A stretch of 64,000 nucleotides of DNA. Origin: Octopus vulgaris (lineage: Eukaryota). The position numbers and the translations under genes are program-made. The DNA lies in contig OX597821.1 in assembly GCA_951406725.2 (NCBI GenBank), positions 13,702,001 through 13,766,000 of the forward strand, in the 5' to 3' direction. The notes under the pieces were generated by a model. The model was given only the letters and a program-made list of their open reading frames with translations, had not been told where the DNA came from and made no database searches. Shown here piece after piece: positions 26,051 through 41,149 of this stretch (its first letter is position 1; the number at the start of each line of letters is the position of its first letter).

Positions 26051-26717
26051 ATATGTATATGTGGGAATTTATGCGTGCGTATAAATTTGAATTTGTATAT
26101 ATATATATGACCCTTAATTTTTGTGAAGGTTTCTGATTTTGGTAGAAAAAGATGATCGGGTTTACCATCAAACTGGTGGCCTGGCCCAAATGCTTGCCTC
26201 AAAGGGAATTCAACTAATACCTTCCAAAAACATGTTGGTGACCTTATACTGGGCAATATATCAACAACCCTAGTAGCCAAAAGTTGGATGTTTAACACGG
26301 TAAGGAAATTAAAACGGATGGGGCTGGTAAATAAGGTCTGGTACCACTCCAGAAAGGTTGATTAGTGGTGTATTAAAACATTGATAGAAGTGCCTTGAGT
26401 TATCTGTTCTTGTAGTGTATGATCTGGTTACAACGGTGATGTGTTTAAGATGGTTTTAAGTGGTCAAGTACTTCGGCTGATTCCTCTAGGCCAGTACGCC
26501 AGCTAGCAGTGCGATAAGCGGCAAGGTGACGTCGAAGTCTTATGTGTTCAGAAGCAAGTGATGCATATACACACATACATGTGTAAACAATATACAAACC
26601 CACGCATGTATATGCTTATGTGTGTGTTCTTGTATTTGAGTTTTGAGTTTATGCATACACGTATATATGTACAAACACATATGTGCGTATGTATATGTAC
26701 GTGTATACATATGTACA

Positions 26718-26764
<47 letters not shown>

Positions 26765-26843
26765 CGGGAATCCGTGTGTCTATATTCATATAAAAGATAT
26801 GTACACAAATATACGTATATACAGACAGACAGACAGACAGATT

Positions 26844-26895
<52 letters not shown>

Positions 26896-27033
26896 TATAG
26901 ACATACAGACAGGCAGACATATTTCAATCCAATAACGATATTTTACGCGGTTTTATCTCTCTAATAAAGCATGTATGTATGAAAATATGAAAATATATAT
27001 GCTTTTATGTGTGTGTGTATGTATGTATGTAAG

Positions 27034-27069
<36 letters not shown>

Positions 27070-27715
27070 CACACACATTCATATTTGCATACGTGCGTAT
27101 GTACACATGCGTGTATATACATACATACATTATAATCAGGTTATGAAATTCTCAACACGACATACACCGTCTTAAAAAGATGGCTGCCTTCCCAAAACAT
27201 TCTTATAACCATATACTCCTATGTACCTTCTGCCATGCCACATCAGTGCTATAATAATTCTTTATCAAGGTAGAGCGACGTCATAGCAGCACCATTAACT
27301 CTACGTGAAGAACTCACATTCTTTTGGAGGATGGCCAACCAGCGCATGCACAAATGGCATCCTGCTAGTCAGCACCTACTTTCGATTTTAAAAAGACAAA
27401 ATAATCAGAAATGCCAAATACTAACACATATACATATATTATATGCACGCACGCACACAAATACGCACATACATATACACACAGAAATACAGACATGCTG
27501 ACGAATACAAAATCACTCATATATATACACATGTGCAAAAATTCATAAATACCACACAGAAAATTCGTGGATAATTGAGTGTATATGTATATTGTACGTC
27601 TCTCTACATGTCCCCATTTATAAATTTATGTATGAATGTATGCATGTATGTATGTATGTATGTATGTATGTATGTATGTATGTATGTATGTATGCATGTA
27701 TGTGTGTGTGTGCAT

Positions 27716-27769
<54 letters not shown>

Positions 27770-28360
27770 ATACGTGTGTGTGTGAGTGAGAGAAAGAAAG
27801 AGAGAGAACTACTGATATTTGAGTGTTCAACAAGTTACAAGTCACATTAGCTTGAAAATTATATAAACAAACGGGAGCTGGGGAATAAGAAAGAAAGAAA
27901 GAAACAAAGAAAAAAAGAAAGAAAGAAAGAAATTAGAATTAGAAGGGGTGTTGGAGAGGGGGAACAAGAGAGACAGAGTAAAGAAAGCGAGCGATGGCTT
28001 GTTTGTAGTTTCCGATTGTCTGGTGGTGTCGTGGTAGTCATTATCTTTGAGTGAGTAAGCAGACATTTTTCACACAAGTGGCCGAAAGCACCAGTTGATG
28101 CTGTTTTCGTACATAAGTGGTATTGTATGATGGAGTGCACTTTGAATGAGAGCAGAGTCCGGCTTTTTCAATTGCATGCCAAAGCATGCAGCGTCTTTCT
28201 TATTGCTTTATAGAATAACAATTTCGTATGGCATCTGACTTAGACAAGCAATTTACCCACATAGTTAGACACACACATGTACACATATAGGCATAGTCAG
28301 CACATACGTACCGGCTCTTTCTCTCTCTTCTTCTCTCTACCCCTCTCTTTGTCTCTTTCT

Positions 28361-28413
<53 letters not shown>

Positions 28414-28490
28414 GAAATTTTGTATTTGTAAGCAAAATATGTAGAGTTTATGAATTTATACTTAAATGCATGTGTTTAGGTACGCATGAT

Positions 28491-28580
<90 letters not shown>

Positions 28581-28654
28581 CATATATATATGCACACATA
28601 TATATACATATATATATGCACACGTATATATATGCACGTATATATATACGTATA

Positions 28655-28704
<50 letters not shown>

Positions 28705-28879
28705 CACAGAGAGAGGGAGAAAGAGATGAATATACTCATACAAATTATATTTACACAAAATCATATACAAACATAAATGTGTGTATACATATATGTGTAT
28801 TTGTGCTTGTGTTGGTATATATATATATATATATATATATAACACCCCCACCACCCTATATATATATATATATATATAT

Positions 28880-29022
28880 TTATTTATTATATAGAAGGAG
28901 CTTCTACAGGACTAGTACTGTTTCATTCAAGAGAAATCTTCAGGAAGCTATTTAACAAGAATTGTATAATACATAGCAGAGTACCTTACTTACTGTGGTT
29001 AACCCCGAATCAACCCGGGACC

Positions 29023-29025
<3 letters not shown>
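28880..29025 (-). mobile_element. (TA)n-embedded island carrying a hammerhead ribozyme
   Basis: ~145-bp complex sequence between two TA tracts. Confidence 0.6.
28899..28949 (-). ncRNA. Type I hammerhead ribozyme with all three helices
   Basis: Minus strand: AGCTTC-CTGAAGA-t TTC tctt GAA t-GAAA CAG tactagtc CTG TA-GAAGCT; helix I 6 bp perfect, helix III ACAG/CTGT, GUA cleavage triplet. Confidence 0.8.
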
Positions 29026-29070
<45 letters not shown>

Positions 29071-29392
29071 AGTGCGTGTGCTTGCGTGTGTGTATGAGTG
29101 TGTACGTGTATCTGTCTGTGTGAGTGTGTGAGAGAGAGAGAGAAAACGATAGTGAGAGAGGGCGAGAGTGGGGACTCTGAAGAGCAGCAAAATGTGTGTG
29201 ATGAAGCACAAACCTGTTAAGTCAATTTATAAAGAAAACTTGCGGAGAAACGGAGAGAGGATGGGAAGCGGGTTGCAAGAAAAAGATATACGAAAAACGA
29301 ATAAAAACGAAAGAAATGAGAGGTTAACACACACACACACACACCAGTAGAGAGAGGAGACAGAGCATTCGGAATATAGAGTTGGTATTTTG

Positions 29393-29457
<65 letters not shown>

Positions 29458-29474
29458 CATACTGGGAGAAAGGA

Positions 29475-29678
29475 AAGAAACGAAACGAAACGACGCGAGG
29501 GCGCTCAGTCATACAATAATGTAATAAATAAAATACATGCATACATACATATATGTACGTACCTACATCTACATGTATATATACATGCATATATAAATAT
29601 ATATATGTGAGTACAGGATACCACAAATAGACGTAGAACTCAACGAGAAACGAAAACATTAAAAACAAGGGAACGGAC

Positions 29679-29680
<2 letters not shown>
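29475..29680 (-). mobile_element. (TA)n-associated element family P3
   Basis: Reverse complement aligns to 33020-33180 and 43765-43920 (atgttttcgtttctc...acatgtagatgtaggtacgtacatat). Confidence 0.6.
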
Positions 29681-29736
<56 letters not shown>

Positions 29737-30427
29737 TGTGTGTGTTATAAGAAAAAAGACGGATGAAGCACCAATTTTAATGTACACAGAGTCAAGAACT
29801 ATTTAGGCTGCTGCTGGTCTTGATAATAAAAACAGACCTCTGCTTATCATTAACTCTCTGAAAAACTCTTTCTCACTCTCTTTCTCTCATAACTATCGAT
29901 ACATCTATCTATCTAATTTTCTCTCTGTCTTTCCATATATCTAATGTTGCCTCTCTATCCTATATAAAAATACACACACACTCATATATAACTTTCTATA
30001 CATTTTCTTTCTTCTATTTATTTTACTTCCTCTCTATCTCTTTCTCTTCCTCTCTCTCTCTCTCTCTCCCTCTCCTTCCCATACTATTTCTTTTTTTTAT
30101 CTATTTCCATTTTCCCTTTTTCTCCTTTCTTTCTTTCTGTGTATCTGTTATATTATTTATTATTCTATGTTATACTCTTACTATTTCCAACGTATTGCTT
30201 ATGACTAGGCCGAAATCATCATCACCATGAGTGTGTGTATATGAGTGACTGTGTGAGTGAGTGTGTGCTGTACTCTACCGCAGCCTTAGCGACCACATTC
30301 TTACTCTGTGGTTGAGTGGAAGTGGTTGTCTTGGAGTAAAGTAATTATCTGAGTGGTACCACACCACCGCGAATTCTGACTATGTAATGCCACCAATTCT
30401 GAGAGAGAGAGGGAGGAGGGAGGGGGA

Positions 30428-30462
<35 letters not shown>

Positions 30463-31388
30463 GAGGCAGAGACAAAGACAGAGGAAGAGAGAGAGGGAGA
30501 GATAGAGGTGGGGGCTGAGAATCAACTCCCAGTACTTGACTCATCCTTTACTTCATCGACCTCCGATGGGTTAAAGACAAGTTTGACTTCAGCGAGATTT
30601 GAACACTGACTGCAAAATTCTACAACAAATATCACCAGATATTTTATAGAACGTTCTCACCGTCATCAAAAGAAATGTTTTTTTCCATTTGCTTTTAGTT
30701 AGGATTGAACTTACGTACGTATTTTACTGTATTTCTATCACAGTGAAAAGTTTCTCTCTCGCTCTCCCTCTCTTATTGTCGTTGTCGCTCTCCTCCTCTT
30801 TCTATTTTCTTTCACTCATTCCTCCCCTTCCTCCTACTCTTAACATCCTCGAGCCAGCTGTGAAGCCTGTACGTAGACATACGGCATGCTAAAAATGACA
30901 ACCATCATTCCCTCATACCACGGTCTAAAGACTATTTCTGTCTTTAAAAGTTGAACGAAGGATCTCTAAACTGAAATATTGGGCATCCAATTCGTATAGT
31001 TGTTGTTTGACCTACTAAACTAGCAGAAAATATCCCTGTGTCTCCGGTTACCCACGACATACTGTCCTTAAAAAATAAATTGACTGACTAGATAAGTAAC
31101 TACGGTTCTACACGCAGAGCAAGAAATAAAGACGAGATGGTCATGGGTGGAATGCTTTTGATAATTTAATCATGGATGACCTGGTGCTTAATTATCTACA
31201 ATTGCAGCAACAAATAACGTCTGAGTCAGTGCAATGGAAGCTGGCCTTGCCGAAATGTGGTTTCATTTCGTGGTAAGGTTTAACGCACAGCCATAATATA
31301 AAATTTTAATGACGGCAGCGTATCACATTTACGATAAATAGGATTAATTAAAAAAAATTATATATAACAAACTAAATAATAATACTGA

Positions 31389-31389
<1 letters not shown>

Positions 31390-31467
<78 letters not shown>
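31390..31467. repeat. (AAT)n microsatellite
   Basis: Direct observation. Confidence 0.95.
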
Positions 31468-31468
<1 letters not shown>

Positions 31469-31596
31469 CTATTCGCTTAAAGATAATTAGTGAAAACATA
31501 TTATAAGGGAAGGAAATATGGACTTAATTAATTTATTAGTGAGCAAGCATTTTATTTAATGATATGCACATGTATATGCGTGTGTATAACTAACTC

Positions 31597-31652
<56 letters not shown>

Positions 31653-32035
31653 TGTGTGTGTCTGTGTGTGTCTGTGTGTCTGTGGGATTTTTTATAAGTC
31701 TCTGTTGAAATTCTGTTTTCTGAGCCTTATAGAACTGCTATGATAACTATGTATGTATGTTTTATTTATTTTTTTAAAAATTATTTTTGATTTCTTTCAA
31801 CTTATGAAGTAGTTGGTCTCCAATAAAAAAACCAAGCTTCGTCACTGAACTTTAGAAAAGTCTTGCACATTTTAATTGTTCCACTTACAACACCTTGAAA
31901 TTCAGTGAATCGATTTCATGTTGAGTTGTTCATGTTTTATTACAGCATGTTTAGGCACTTATAACAAAGAAGCCTTTAATATTTTTTTATGTTAAAAAGA
32001 GGGAGTTAGACTAGCTGATATTTTGATGTAAGACA

Positions 32036-32180
32036 AATATTGGTTACAAATGGTTTCAAATTTTGGTACAAGGCCAGCAATTTCGAGGAAGGAGTTAAGT
32101 CGATTACATCGATCGCAGAGCTCAATGTATTTATTTTATCGACCCCGAAAAGATGAAAGGCAAAGTCGACTTCGGGGAAT
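32036..32180 (-). mobile_element. SINE B fragment, tail type 3
   Basis: ggtttcaaattttggtacaaggccagcaattt...gatgaaaggcaaagtcgac. Confidence 0.75.
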
Positions 32181-32310
32181 ATCTTAATGAACGATGGATA
32201 AACCAGAGATGGAAACCATTCAATGGCTTTCAGAACAAGCAATATTTTTTTCAAAATGTATATAACAAATTATAGATTTACTAAAAGAGAGAATAAAATT
32301 ATTTTTTTAT

Positions 32311-32562
32311 CTTTTATTTGTTTCAATTTTTGGACTGTAGCATTGCTAGGGATCCCCCTTGACGGCTTTAGGCAAACAAATTGCTCCCCCCCACACACAC
32401 ACACACAGTATTTATAATTTTTAAGCCTGTCGCTAAGTTCCACGACTCTCTTTTGCCGCACTGCTAAGTTACGCACGTAAACAAGCCTGGGCTAGTGTCG
32501 TCTGCTATAGTTCGGGCCCACTAAAGTCTTGAGAGTGAATTTGGTAGACTGGAAAAAGCCCG

Positions 32563-32605
<43 letters not shown>

Positions 32606-32775
32606 TCGCCCCACCATCACTTGACAACCGATGTTGTTATGATTACGTCCCCGTAACTTTGCAGTTCGGCAAAACAGACCGATAGAATAAGTTCTGGGTT
32701 CAATTTGTTCGAGCAAAGATGGTACTCCAGCACGGCCACAGTCAAATAACTAAGACAAATAAAAGAATAAAAGAA
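32311..32775. mobile_element. Two SINE A fragments in opposite orientation (32311-32485 minus, 32495-32775 plus)
   Basis: Both align to family A. Confidence 0.7.
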
Positions 32776-32884
32776 TATATACTATATATATACATATATA
32801 TATGTGTCTAGGAGGGTAACTTTCTAGGTGCAATCCCATGGTCATTCATGACCGAAGGGGGTCTTTACCCTTTATATATGTGTG

Positions 32885-33180
32885 TATAAGGAAAGTTTCT
32901 TGAAGATACGTCTCGCTTTTATCCTTCGAAACGTAGAGTAGATGAAACCTTAGCGACTGAAGAAGGGGTTTTTTCGTTGTGTTAATTGTCCTGTACTCCA
33001 TTTTTTGCTGTTTTTAATAAATGTCCAGTTCCTTTGGTTTGTGTCTATGTTTTCGTTTCTCTTTGTGTTCGACGTCCCTTTGGTGTCCTGTACTCATATA
33101 TGCGTGTATATGTACATGTAGAGGTAGGTACGTACATATATGTTTATATATATGCATATGTTTTATTTCATTTATTAATA
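32885..33180 (+). mobile_element. Family P3 element with hammerhead relic
   Basis: gtttc-TTGAAGA-...-GAAA-cg-TA at ~32895-32935, a second CTGAAGA at 32957; ends at (TA)n. Confidence 0.55.
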
Positions 33181-33201
33181 TATATATATATATACACACA
33201 T

Positions 33202-33282
<81 letters not shown>

Positions 33283-33326
33283 GACATAGATATATATATA
33301 TGTATATATATATATATGTATATATT

Positions 33327-33381
<55 letters not shown>

Positions 33382-33949
33382 TATCAATATATAGATATAT
33401 ATATATGTATATATTATCAATATGTGTGAAGAGTAGTGATGAGAGAGCATGGTGTGAACGAATGAGTAGAAAGGAAATAATTGTGGAAAAACAGCTAATG
33501 AAGAAAAGGTAAAAATATGAAAAAATGCACGTACACAAAGAAATATGCACTCACACACCCAAGCTAACACCCACGCAAACACACACACACACACACAAAC
33601 ACATACAGACAACCGAAGTAAATACACAGATAATCAAAGGGAGAAGGACATAAGCCGCAAGAAAGTATGTCATTTAAATTATTATAAGTTAAACCAAAGT
33701 CAGAAATCCCAATAGGATAGGAAAAGCTACACAGCATGGAAGCATGCAAATAATATATTTGGAACTTTCTACTCGTTGACTCTGCTTCAGGAATCACTAA
33801 TTTGCTTTTGCTTTTGTTTCTTATGAAGAATTTGGCGAAAATTACTTCATTTTTCGAATGTTTTTCCGTTTCAAAGTAGGGCACTAGTGAAACGTGTTGG
33901 AGCTATAGAATGCCAACGGCTAAAGTAAGCGGTAGAAGCAGCAGTAGTC

Positions 33950-34445
33950 GCAGTGGTAGTGGTAGTGGTGGTGGTGGTGGTGGCTTCAGTGGTGGTGACG
34001 TTGGCACAAGAACTGGCTGTTGTATTTCTTATAGAGTGTTCGGATAAGGTGGTAGTGGTTTGGTAATGGTACCAATGACAGTGATGGTGGTGGTGGTGGT
34101 GGAGGTAGTAATGATTGCCCTTGTGTTGGAGGAGATGGAAGAGGAGGATGAAGAAGAGATGTAGATGATGCTGATTGTGATGGGAAAGTTAGTGGAGACA
34201 GTAGTGGTAATAGTATTGACAGTGGTGGTGGTGGTGGTGGTGGTGGTTGGTGGTTGGTGGTGGTGGTGGCCGTTGTGTTGGAGAAGGTGGTGATGTGAAG
34301 GCAGTGGAGATGGTGGGGATGGTGGCGGCAGTGGTAGAGATAGTTGTGGTTGTGATATTGAAATCGTTGGTTATGGTGGTTGTAACGATTCTGGTGGTGG
34401 TGGTGGTGGTGGTGGTGGTGGTGGTGGTGGTGGTGGTGGTGGCTG
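33950..34445. repeat. Degenerate (GGT)n low-complexity tract
   Basis: Direct observation. Confidence 0.85.
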
Positions 34446-34542
34446 CGGCGAGGGCTTGGGGAAAATAGCATTCGTGATGATGGTGAAGTTGTATGGTTGC
34501 ATGCGTTGCCGTGGTTTCGGCGTGAATGTGTAGATATATTTA

Positions 34543-34578
<36 letters not shown>

Positions 34579-34712
34579 TGTATGTATGTATGTATACATA
34601 TATATACATGTATGTATATAGGTATGTATACATATATATATACATTTCTCTATATATATACATGTATATACACGCGCACGCACACACATATATATTCATA
34701 TATACTACGTAC

Positions 34713-34785
<73 letters not shown>

Positions 34786-36127
34786 GTGGCGCCGCTGCCG
34801 GTGATTGTGTTGATTAGGCTGCTAGTAGTCTATCTCTATAGGAATGGCAACCGTCTTGAATTAAATACGATCCAGAGAGGAAATGAAAGAAAAGGGAAGT
34901 GTTTATTGATGGGTATGGAGTTGGAAGACGATGTGAAAAAAAAAAACTATCTGAAGGAAAGAAAGTTTTAAAATAAGAAAGAAAAGACTTGAAAAAAAAT
35001 TTTTTCGTCATAGATTAGGAACTGAAGTATGGTTACCAGAAATAGATTCTTCGTAATTCTGAAAAATAAATGTTTCTACTGCCACACAGTTGAAGGCTAA
35101 GTTCTGGCTGGCATTCATCATTAACTTCGTAGTGTTAGGAAGAATCTTTCTTTTCTCTCGCCAATTACCGCAGTCTTTCACAGCATCGCTAAAATTGTGT
35201 TTCCACCACGATGACGTTGTAATATTATCCTGCTATCAACAGCACCAACACTGCCATCACCGCTACCACCACCGCTGCCGCTACGACTACCATCGCTAAT
35301 ACAAAGTGTTCTATTACCTTCGCCACCATGCGTGCTATGTACTTTTTCGCGTTGGTCAGTAACCAAACAGAAGTAACGATACCATTGGTCTTTGCACGCT
35401 TTCTTCGATTCCTACCCTCACCGCCTATACTACCCACTCCATATCCTTCTAATTAATATTCTGTATTAAACTCCACAAGACTCGTGATGCGGTTACTACA
35501 TCCAATAGTAACAACAATAAGACAACTTAAGAAATACTAGTAATAATAATCATAATTTGTTATATATTTGCCATCAAAAATTAGGCACAAATCATAACAC
35601 ATAGTACTCTCCTCAGCTTTCTTTCTAGGCTCTTTCGCTGTTTCGACACCTTTGACAGCAATGCTACCCTAGTGGTATCAACATCTGTCGGATAGGCTTT
35701 ATGAGAACTGATACAACTAAAATCTGACACACATAAATATGTTGTTAATATAAGTAATACATTACTTTTACAAAAAAAAATTAATACAATTGTTCTTAGT
35801 ATGGCAATCATCGATGAAAAATTAATATTGTACCTTTTAAAATAGATTGTATCTTGTATTACAATAAATACTCACGTTCATTTATCTTTGTTTCGTTTGT
35901 GAGTTTTCTTTTAGACCGTTGCTATCATTTCTTGCCGCTTTGTATTTATACAAGCAGAATATTAAGAAAACTATTTTATGTCTAAAAGCACATCGTCTGA
36001 ACTTGGAATGGACAAACTTCCAAATTCACCGTAAAAGTCTCTGCATGAGAAAAATCAGAAAAAATGTTATTCGATGTGACTGTATGTGGTCAAATATAGC
36101 ATTTTGGGCTTTTTAAAAAGAATAATG

Positions 36128-36332
36128 ATCCTTTCTACAATAGAAACAAAGCCCAAATTTTGGCGGGAGAGGATTTTAGCCGATTACACCGACCCCAGTG
36201 CTAAGCTGGCAATTATTTCATCGATCCCGAAAGGATGAAAGACAAGGTCGACCTCATCGGGATTTGAACTCAGAATGTAAAAACGAACGAAAAACCGCCA
36301 AGCATTGTCTGCGTCCGCCTCTTCACCGCCTT
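36128..36332 (-). mobile_element. SINE B, tail type 2
   Basis: B body; tail cctttctacaatagaaacaaagcccaaatttt. Confidence 0.8.
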
Positions 36333-36334
36333 AG

Positions 36335-36395
<61 letters not shown>

Positions 36396-36576
36396 TAATA
36401 ATAATAATAATAATGATAAAAATAATAATAAAAATAATAATGATAATGATGATGATGATAATGATGATGATAATAATAATGATAATAATAATAATAATTA
36501 TAATAATAATAATAATAATAATGATAATAATAATAATAATAACAATAACAATAATAATAATAATAATAGCAATAAC

Positions 36577-36644
<68 letters not shown>

Positions 36645-36648
36645 CAAC
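36335..36648. repeat. Long (AAT)n tract with GAT/AAC variants
   Basis: Direct observation. Confidence 0.95.
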
Positions 36649-39204
36649 TTAGATACAAAACCTGCAATTTTGTGTGGTTGGCGTACGAACTCACTCCCAC
36701 TCACCAGTCTTTGACTACTAGTTTATTTTTTCGACTCTGAAAAGATAAAAAGTCAAGTTGATGGCGGTGGGATTTGAACTCACATCCTTAAGAGCTAGAA
36801 CACATGCTGCAAGGAATTTGCTATGTTTATCGATTCTGGCAACTTACAGCCTGATTCTATGACGCTTCTCAGTTTCATCATATCCCTAAAGTTACTTCTG
36901 TTCTAACTTTGGAGTCTCGATTACAAAATGAATATTCTTCGACATAAAACAAATGTTGAGAAACACTTATGTCATAAGATATGAATTTTCTGTGCGTGTG
37001 TGTGTGTGTGTGTTAGCTAAAGGTGAGAGAATGTTTGTACGTGCACCAGGAGATTTCTTAAGCATTAAGTTGAATAGATAAATAAATTTAGACACAACGA
37101 TAAGGTAAGATTTGCTGTAGTATTGAGAACGTCTCGAATCTGTAGCAAACTTCAGTTAATGAAAATAAGATTTTAAAACTCTTACAAGAGTAGATGAGGA
37201 AAATACTTTGGCTTCAAATGAAAGGTATTCAATCTCTAACTGGCATCCTTATCTTTGCTTTTCTATGCTTCCGCATGTTTTCATATAACAAATGTATGTA
37301 ATGTGAGTGCGATATGTATGCAGATGTACGTGTGTATGTGTGTGTGCGTGCGTGTGTGTGTGCGTGTGTGTGTGTTCAGAAAGAGATACCGACAAGGACG
37401 AAATTAAGCACAAACGATAAGAACACGTAAGACGAAACGAAAAGAGAACCTTTCCTCAGGTGTCTCTCTAAAACATTTCGCAGTTTCGACACCTTATACA
37501 CACCCACTACTCAACTGGCGTCAAAAAAAAAATAGAGGATGAGTTGTTAAGAATTTGATACAGCAATTAGAGGTAAAATACAAGAAGATGCTTTTGAAGT
37601 CTTAGTGACTGGGATAGAGAAAATATGGACTCGATACAATAAATAGTTCGTTCTTAGCGACTAAGGTAGAAAATAGAAAACCAATAGTATTTTTCAATAA
37701 AGGAAAAAACAAAACAAAAGAACACAATATAAATGTTTTCCCATGCATTGATAATCAGCACTGCACCTACCGCCAAATTGGCTTTTCGTTTTGTTGTTTG
37801 CTTTTGTTGTTGATGATGGTGATGATGATGATGATGACAACGACGACGACGATGATGATGATGATGGTAGCGGTGAGTCCTGAACAAAATTATTTTGGTC
37901 ACACGTCTCTTAGACATTTTAAGACAGTAGGGGGATGATCTGAGAGCGATTTGATTGGCATTTCTTACTAGACAAGCAACCGCGTGGAGTCTTCCTCGCT
38001 GGTTCGGTTAAATCAATAATGAGAAGAGTGAAGTGTCTTTATTCTTAGACACAAACTATACAGAGGAATTCAGGTAATATAAACTTACTGACCACTGACC
38101 GAGCGACCAACATTATTTCCACTGTTTCCACTATTTCCTCTCTTATACTGGATGTCATAGAAGTCAAAATAACGTTTAATTTATTATTCAAACGTGGTTT
38201 TATCTCGTGTAATTGAGTAATTTTCATGGTGATCTTTAGAAAGAAGTTTAATCTCAATTATCAAATGTGACATATGTCTGCTTCAGAATTAGAATGAACG
38301 ACTTTCGTTTTTCTTTCGGAAACGGTATCGATGAGGCAGAGGGGGGCGGGGAGGTCGATGGCGGAAGGGGGTCCAAAAAATTGTTCAACATGAAATCAGT
38401 TGGAACTTATTTATTTTACAAAACCTCTCGAAATCTATTGATTTACTCTTTTTCCATTGAAGATAGTCATTGCACGAATCAATCGAACGTTTTAGTAAAG
38501 GCAGATATCATGATTACCTCAAAGTAACGAAGAAATTCAAACATAGAATTGTAATTAGTCTTGCAGGAAAGAGAGAGAGAGAGAGAGGGGGTGAGAGAGG
38601 GCAAGAGAAAGAGAGAGGAGGGAAGGAAAGAGAATTAGGGAGCGAGTGAGAGATTACGCTCATGGCTGTTTGTAATTGGCTTCTGCTGTGAAGCCGATGA
38701 AAATATTCATTATGAATTAAAGAGAATTTAGCCATGACATACCTTTGAAGAACGTTTAGAATATTTTAATCGAAGATATTATGTTTATAGAGATTTTAGC
38801 TGCTAAATTTTTGAGAGTAATTAAATATGAATTTTCTGTATAATTATACATAACTACTTTAGTGACAGCTTTGGGAGCATCACGATTAAAGAACATTCCT
38901 ATATACGGCAGGATGTGCAACATGCATAACAAAATGTTCTGGACCGCCATCCTCACCACTACCACTACCATCGCCACCACCACCACCATCACCGTCATCA
39001 ACAACACGAACGACAACATATTATCGTCGTTATCATCATCAATAACATTGTGATTATCATGTGCTTATGCCGGGTTTGAAATTTTCAGTAGTTGCTAGCT
39101 TGACACTTATTTCCGCTAACTTCTTTTCATCTACCAAGTGCAAAGCCGCTGTTGTTGAACAGCCTGTGAGTCATAGCTAATTGTATTAAAACGTGATTAT
39201 CGAA

Positions 39205-39311
<107 letters not shown>

Positions 39312-39320
39312 AGTATCTAT

Positions 39321-39485
39321 AGGTGCAGGTGTGGCTCTGTGGTAAGAAGTTTGCTCCCAACCACAAGGTTCCGGCTTCGGTCCCACTGCGTGGCACCTTG
39401 GGCAAGTGCTTTCTACTATAGCCTCGGGCTGACCAATGTGCTGTGAGTGGATTTGAAAAAACGGAAACTGGAAGAAGCATGTCGT
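39321..39485 (+). mobile_element. SINE A 5' half
   Basis: aggtgcaggtgtggctctgtggtaag...gaagcatgtcgt. Confidence 0.8.
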
Positions 39486-40009
39486 TTGTGTGCGTGTATG
39501 TATGTGAGTATATGTGTGTGTGTTGTGTTAATTACAAAGATGAAGTTCATTATTAATTGCCTTAAAATGGCGGTATGTACTGAGATGTCAGTCTTCTGTT
39601 ATAATTCCATTCGCATCTAGAATAGCTTAAAGGTAACATTAGGCTCTTGCCAGTATTCGGCTGATGCTTTATTTTATCGATCCCAGAAGGCTAAAAGACA
39701 AAACTAACCAGGGTGAGACTTGAATTCAGAATATACAAAAGGAGATAACTAAATTCCGTAAGATATTTTTTTGTCTGACACAACGATTCTGTCAAACCAG
39801 AATGAAATAATTAATTAAAAATATATTCAGTTTAGCTTCAGTGCACTGATTGAAACTAGTAAAAATAAGTCAATGAATGCTACATTGCAATCGTCTCCTT
39901 AAAAAAAAAAGGCAACAAAAAAAAATAGTTTATTGTGAGTAGGAAATCAATTTTGCGTGTATGAGTTATCGTTTTTGCATGGCAAGACATCTAATGTAAT
40001 CTTCCAATG

Positions 40010-40640
40010 ACATTTATTTCATTGTTTTATTTAGTTTGAGCAATTATTCATTCCTATTCTTTCCATTCTCTTATATTTACATTCCATTATACTATATTCT
40101 CCCTTGATCCATTATGTTTTATTCAGTTTTGTTCGAATGTATTCTTGTCTATTCTCCATTTTGTTCTGTTCTATTCTTCCACGATCTTTTTCCTTAATCG
40201 TTTCTATTTTATTCTCATTCATTCTAAACTCTTCGATTCTAATCTATTCTATTTTATTACATTTATTTTTCTTCTATACTTTTGTTCGTTATTTATTTTA
40301 TATTCTTCTCTACTTATTCTGTTATGTTATCCTGTATTCTATTCCACTTATTCTGCTCTGTTATGTCTTTCTACTTCATTTCATCCTAATATATTTCTAT
40401 TCCATTTCATCCTATTCTATTCTGGTTTACTTTATTATATAATATTTACTTATTGTGCATTGTCCAATCTCATATCATTTATAATTATTTCTGTTATATT
40501 CTATAGATTATTCTAAGCCAGAGATCCAAATTCACATTTAACTTAAACACCAAATGATTGATATCTCTATTCTATTCTATTCTATTCTATTCTATTCTAT
40601 TCTATTCTATTCCATTCCATTCTATTCTGTTCTATTCCAA
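40010..40640. repeat. Decayed (TATTC)n satellite, pure only at 40567-40612
   Basis: 5-bp periodic pyrimidine-rich text grading into perfect tattc repeats. Confidence 0.7.
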
Positions 40641-40925
40641 TCTTCTTTCGTATTCTTCCACATTTCTAGTCAATTAAATCCATTTCATGGATACGAAAAA
40701 TTGAAACAACATTTATTGAAGTAAAAAGTTCAATAAAGAAGGTGTAGAGAAAAGAGCAATAACAGAGGAAGTCAATGGGGGATGGATAAGATGGGAAACA
40801 ACGGAAAAGAAATGTGAAAAGAAAGAACGAACGAACGAACGAACGAACGAACGAAAGAACGAACGAACGAACAATGAGGACAGAAAGAGAAATCAGAGGA
40901 TTTTTGAAAGTAAAATTAAAATGTA

Positions 40926-41090
40926 GGCGCAGGAGTGGCTGTGTGGTAAGTAGCTTGTTTACCAACCACATGGTTCCGGGTTCAGTCCCACTGCGTGGCA
41001 TCTTGGGCAAGTGTCTTCTACTATAGCCTCGGGCCGACCAAAGCCTTGTGAGTGGATTTGGTAGACGGAAACTGAAAGAAGCCCGTCGTA

Positions 41091-41149
<59 letters not shown>

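Noticed and set aside
33986-34720. 244-aa His/Pro-rich ORF
   Set aside because: Reverse translation of degenerate (GGT)n and TA/TG repeats.
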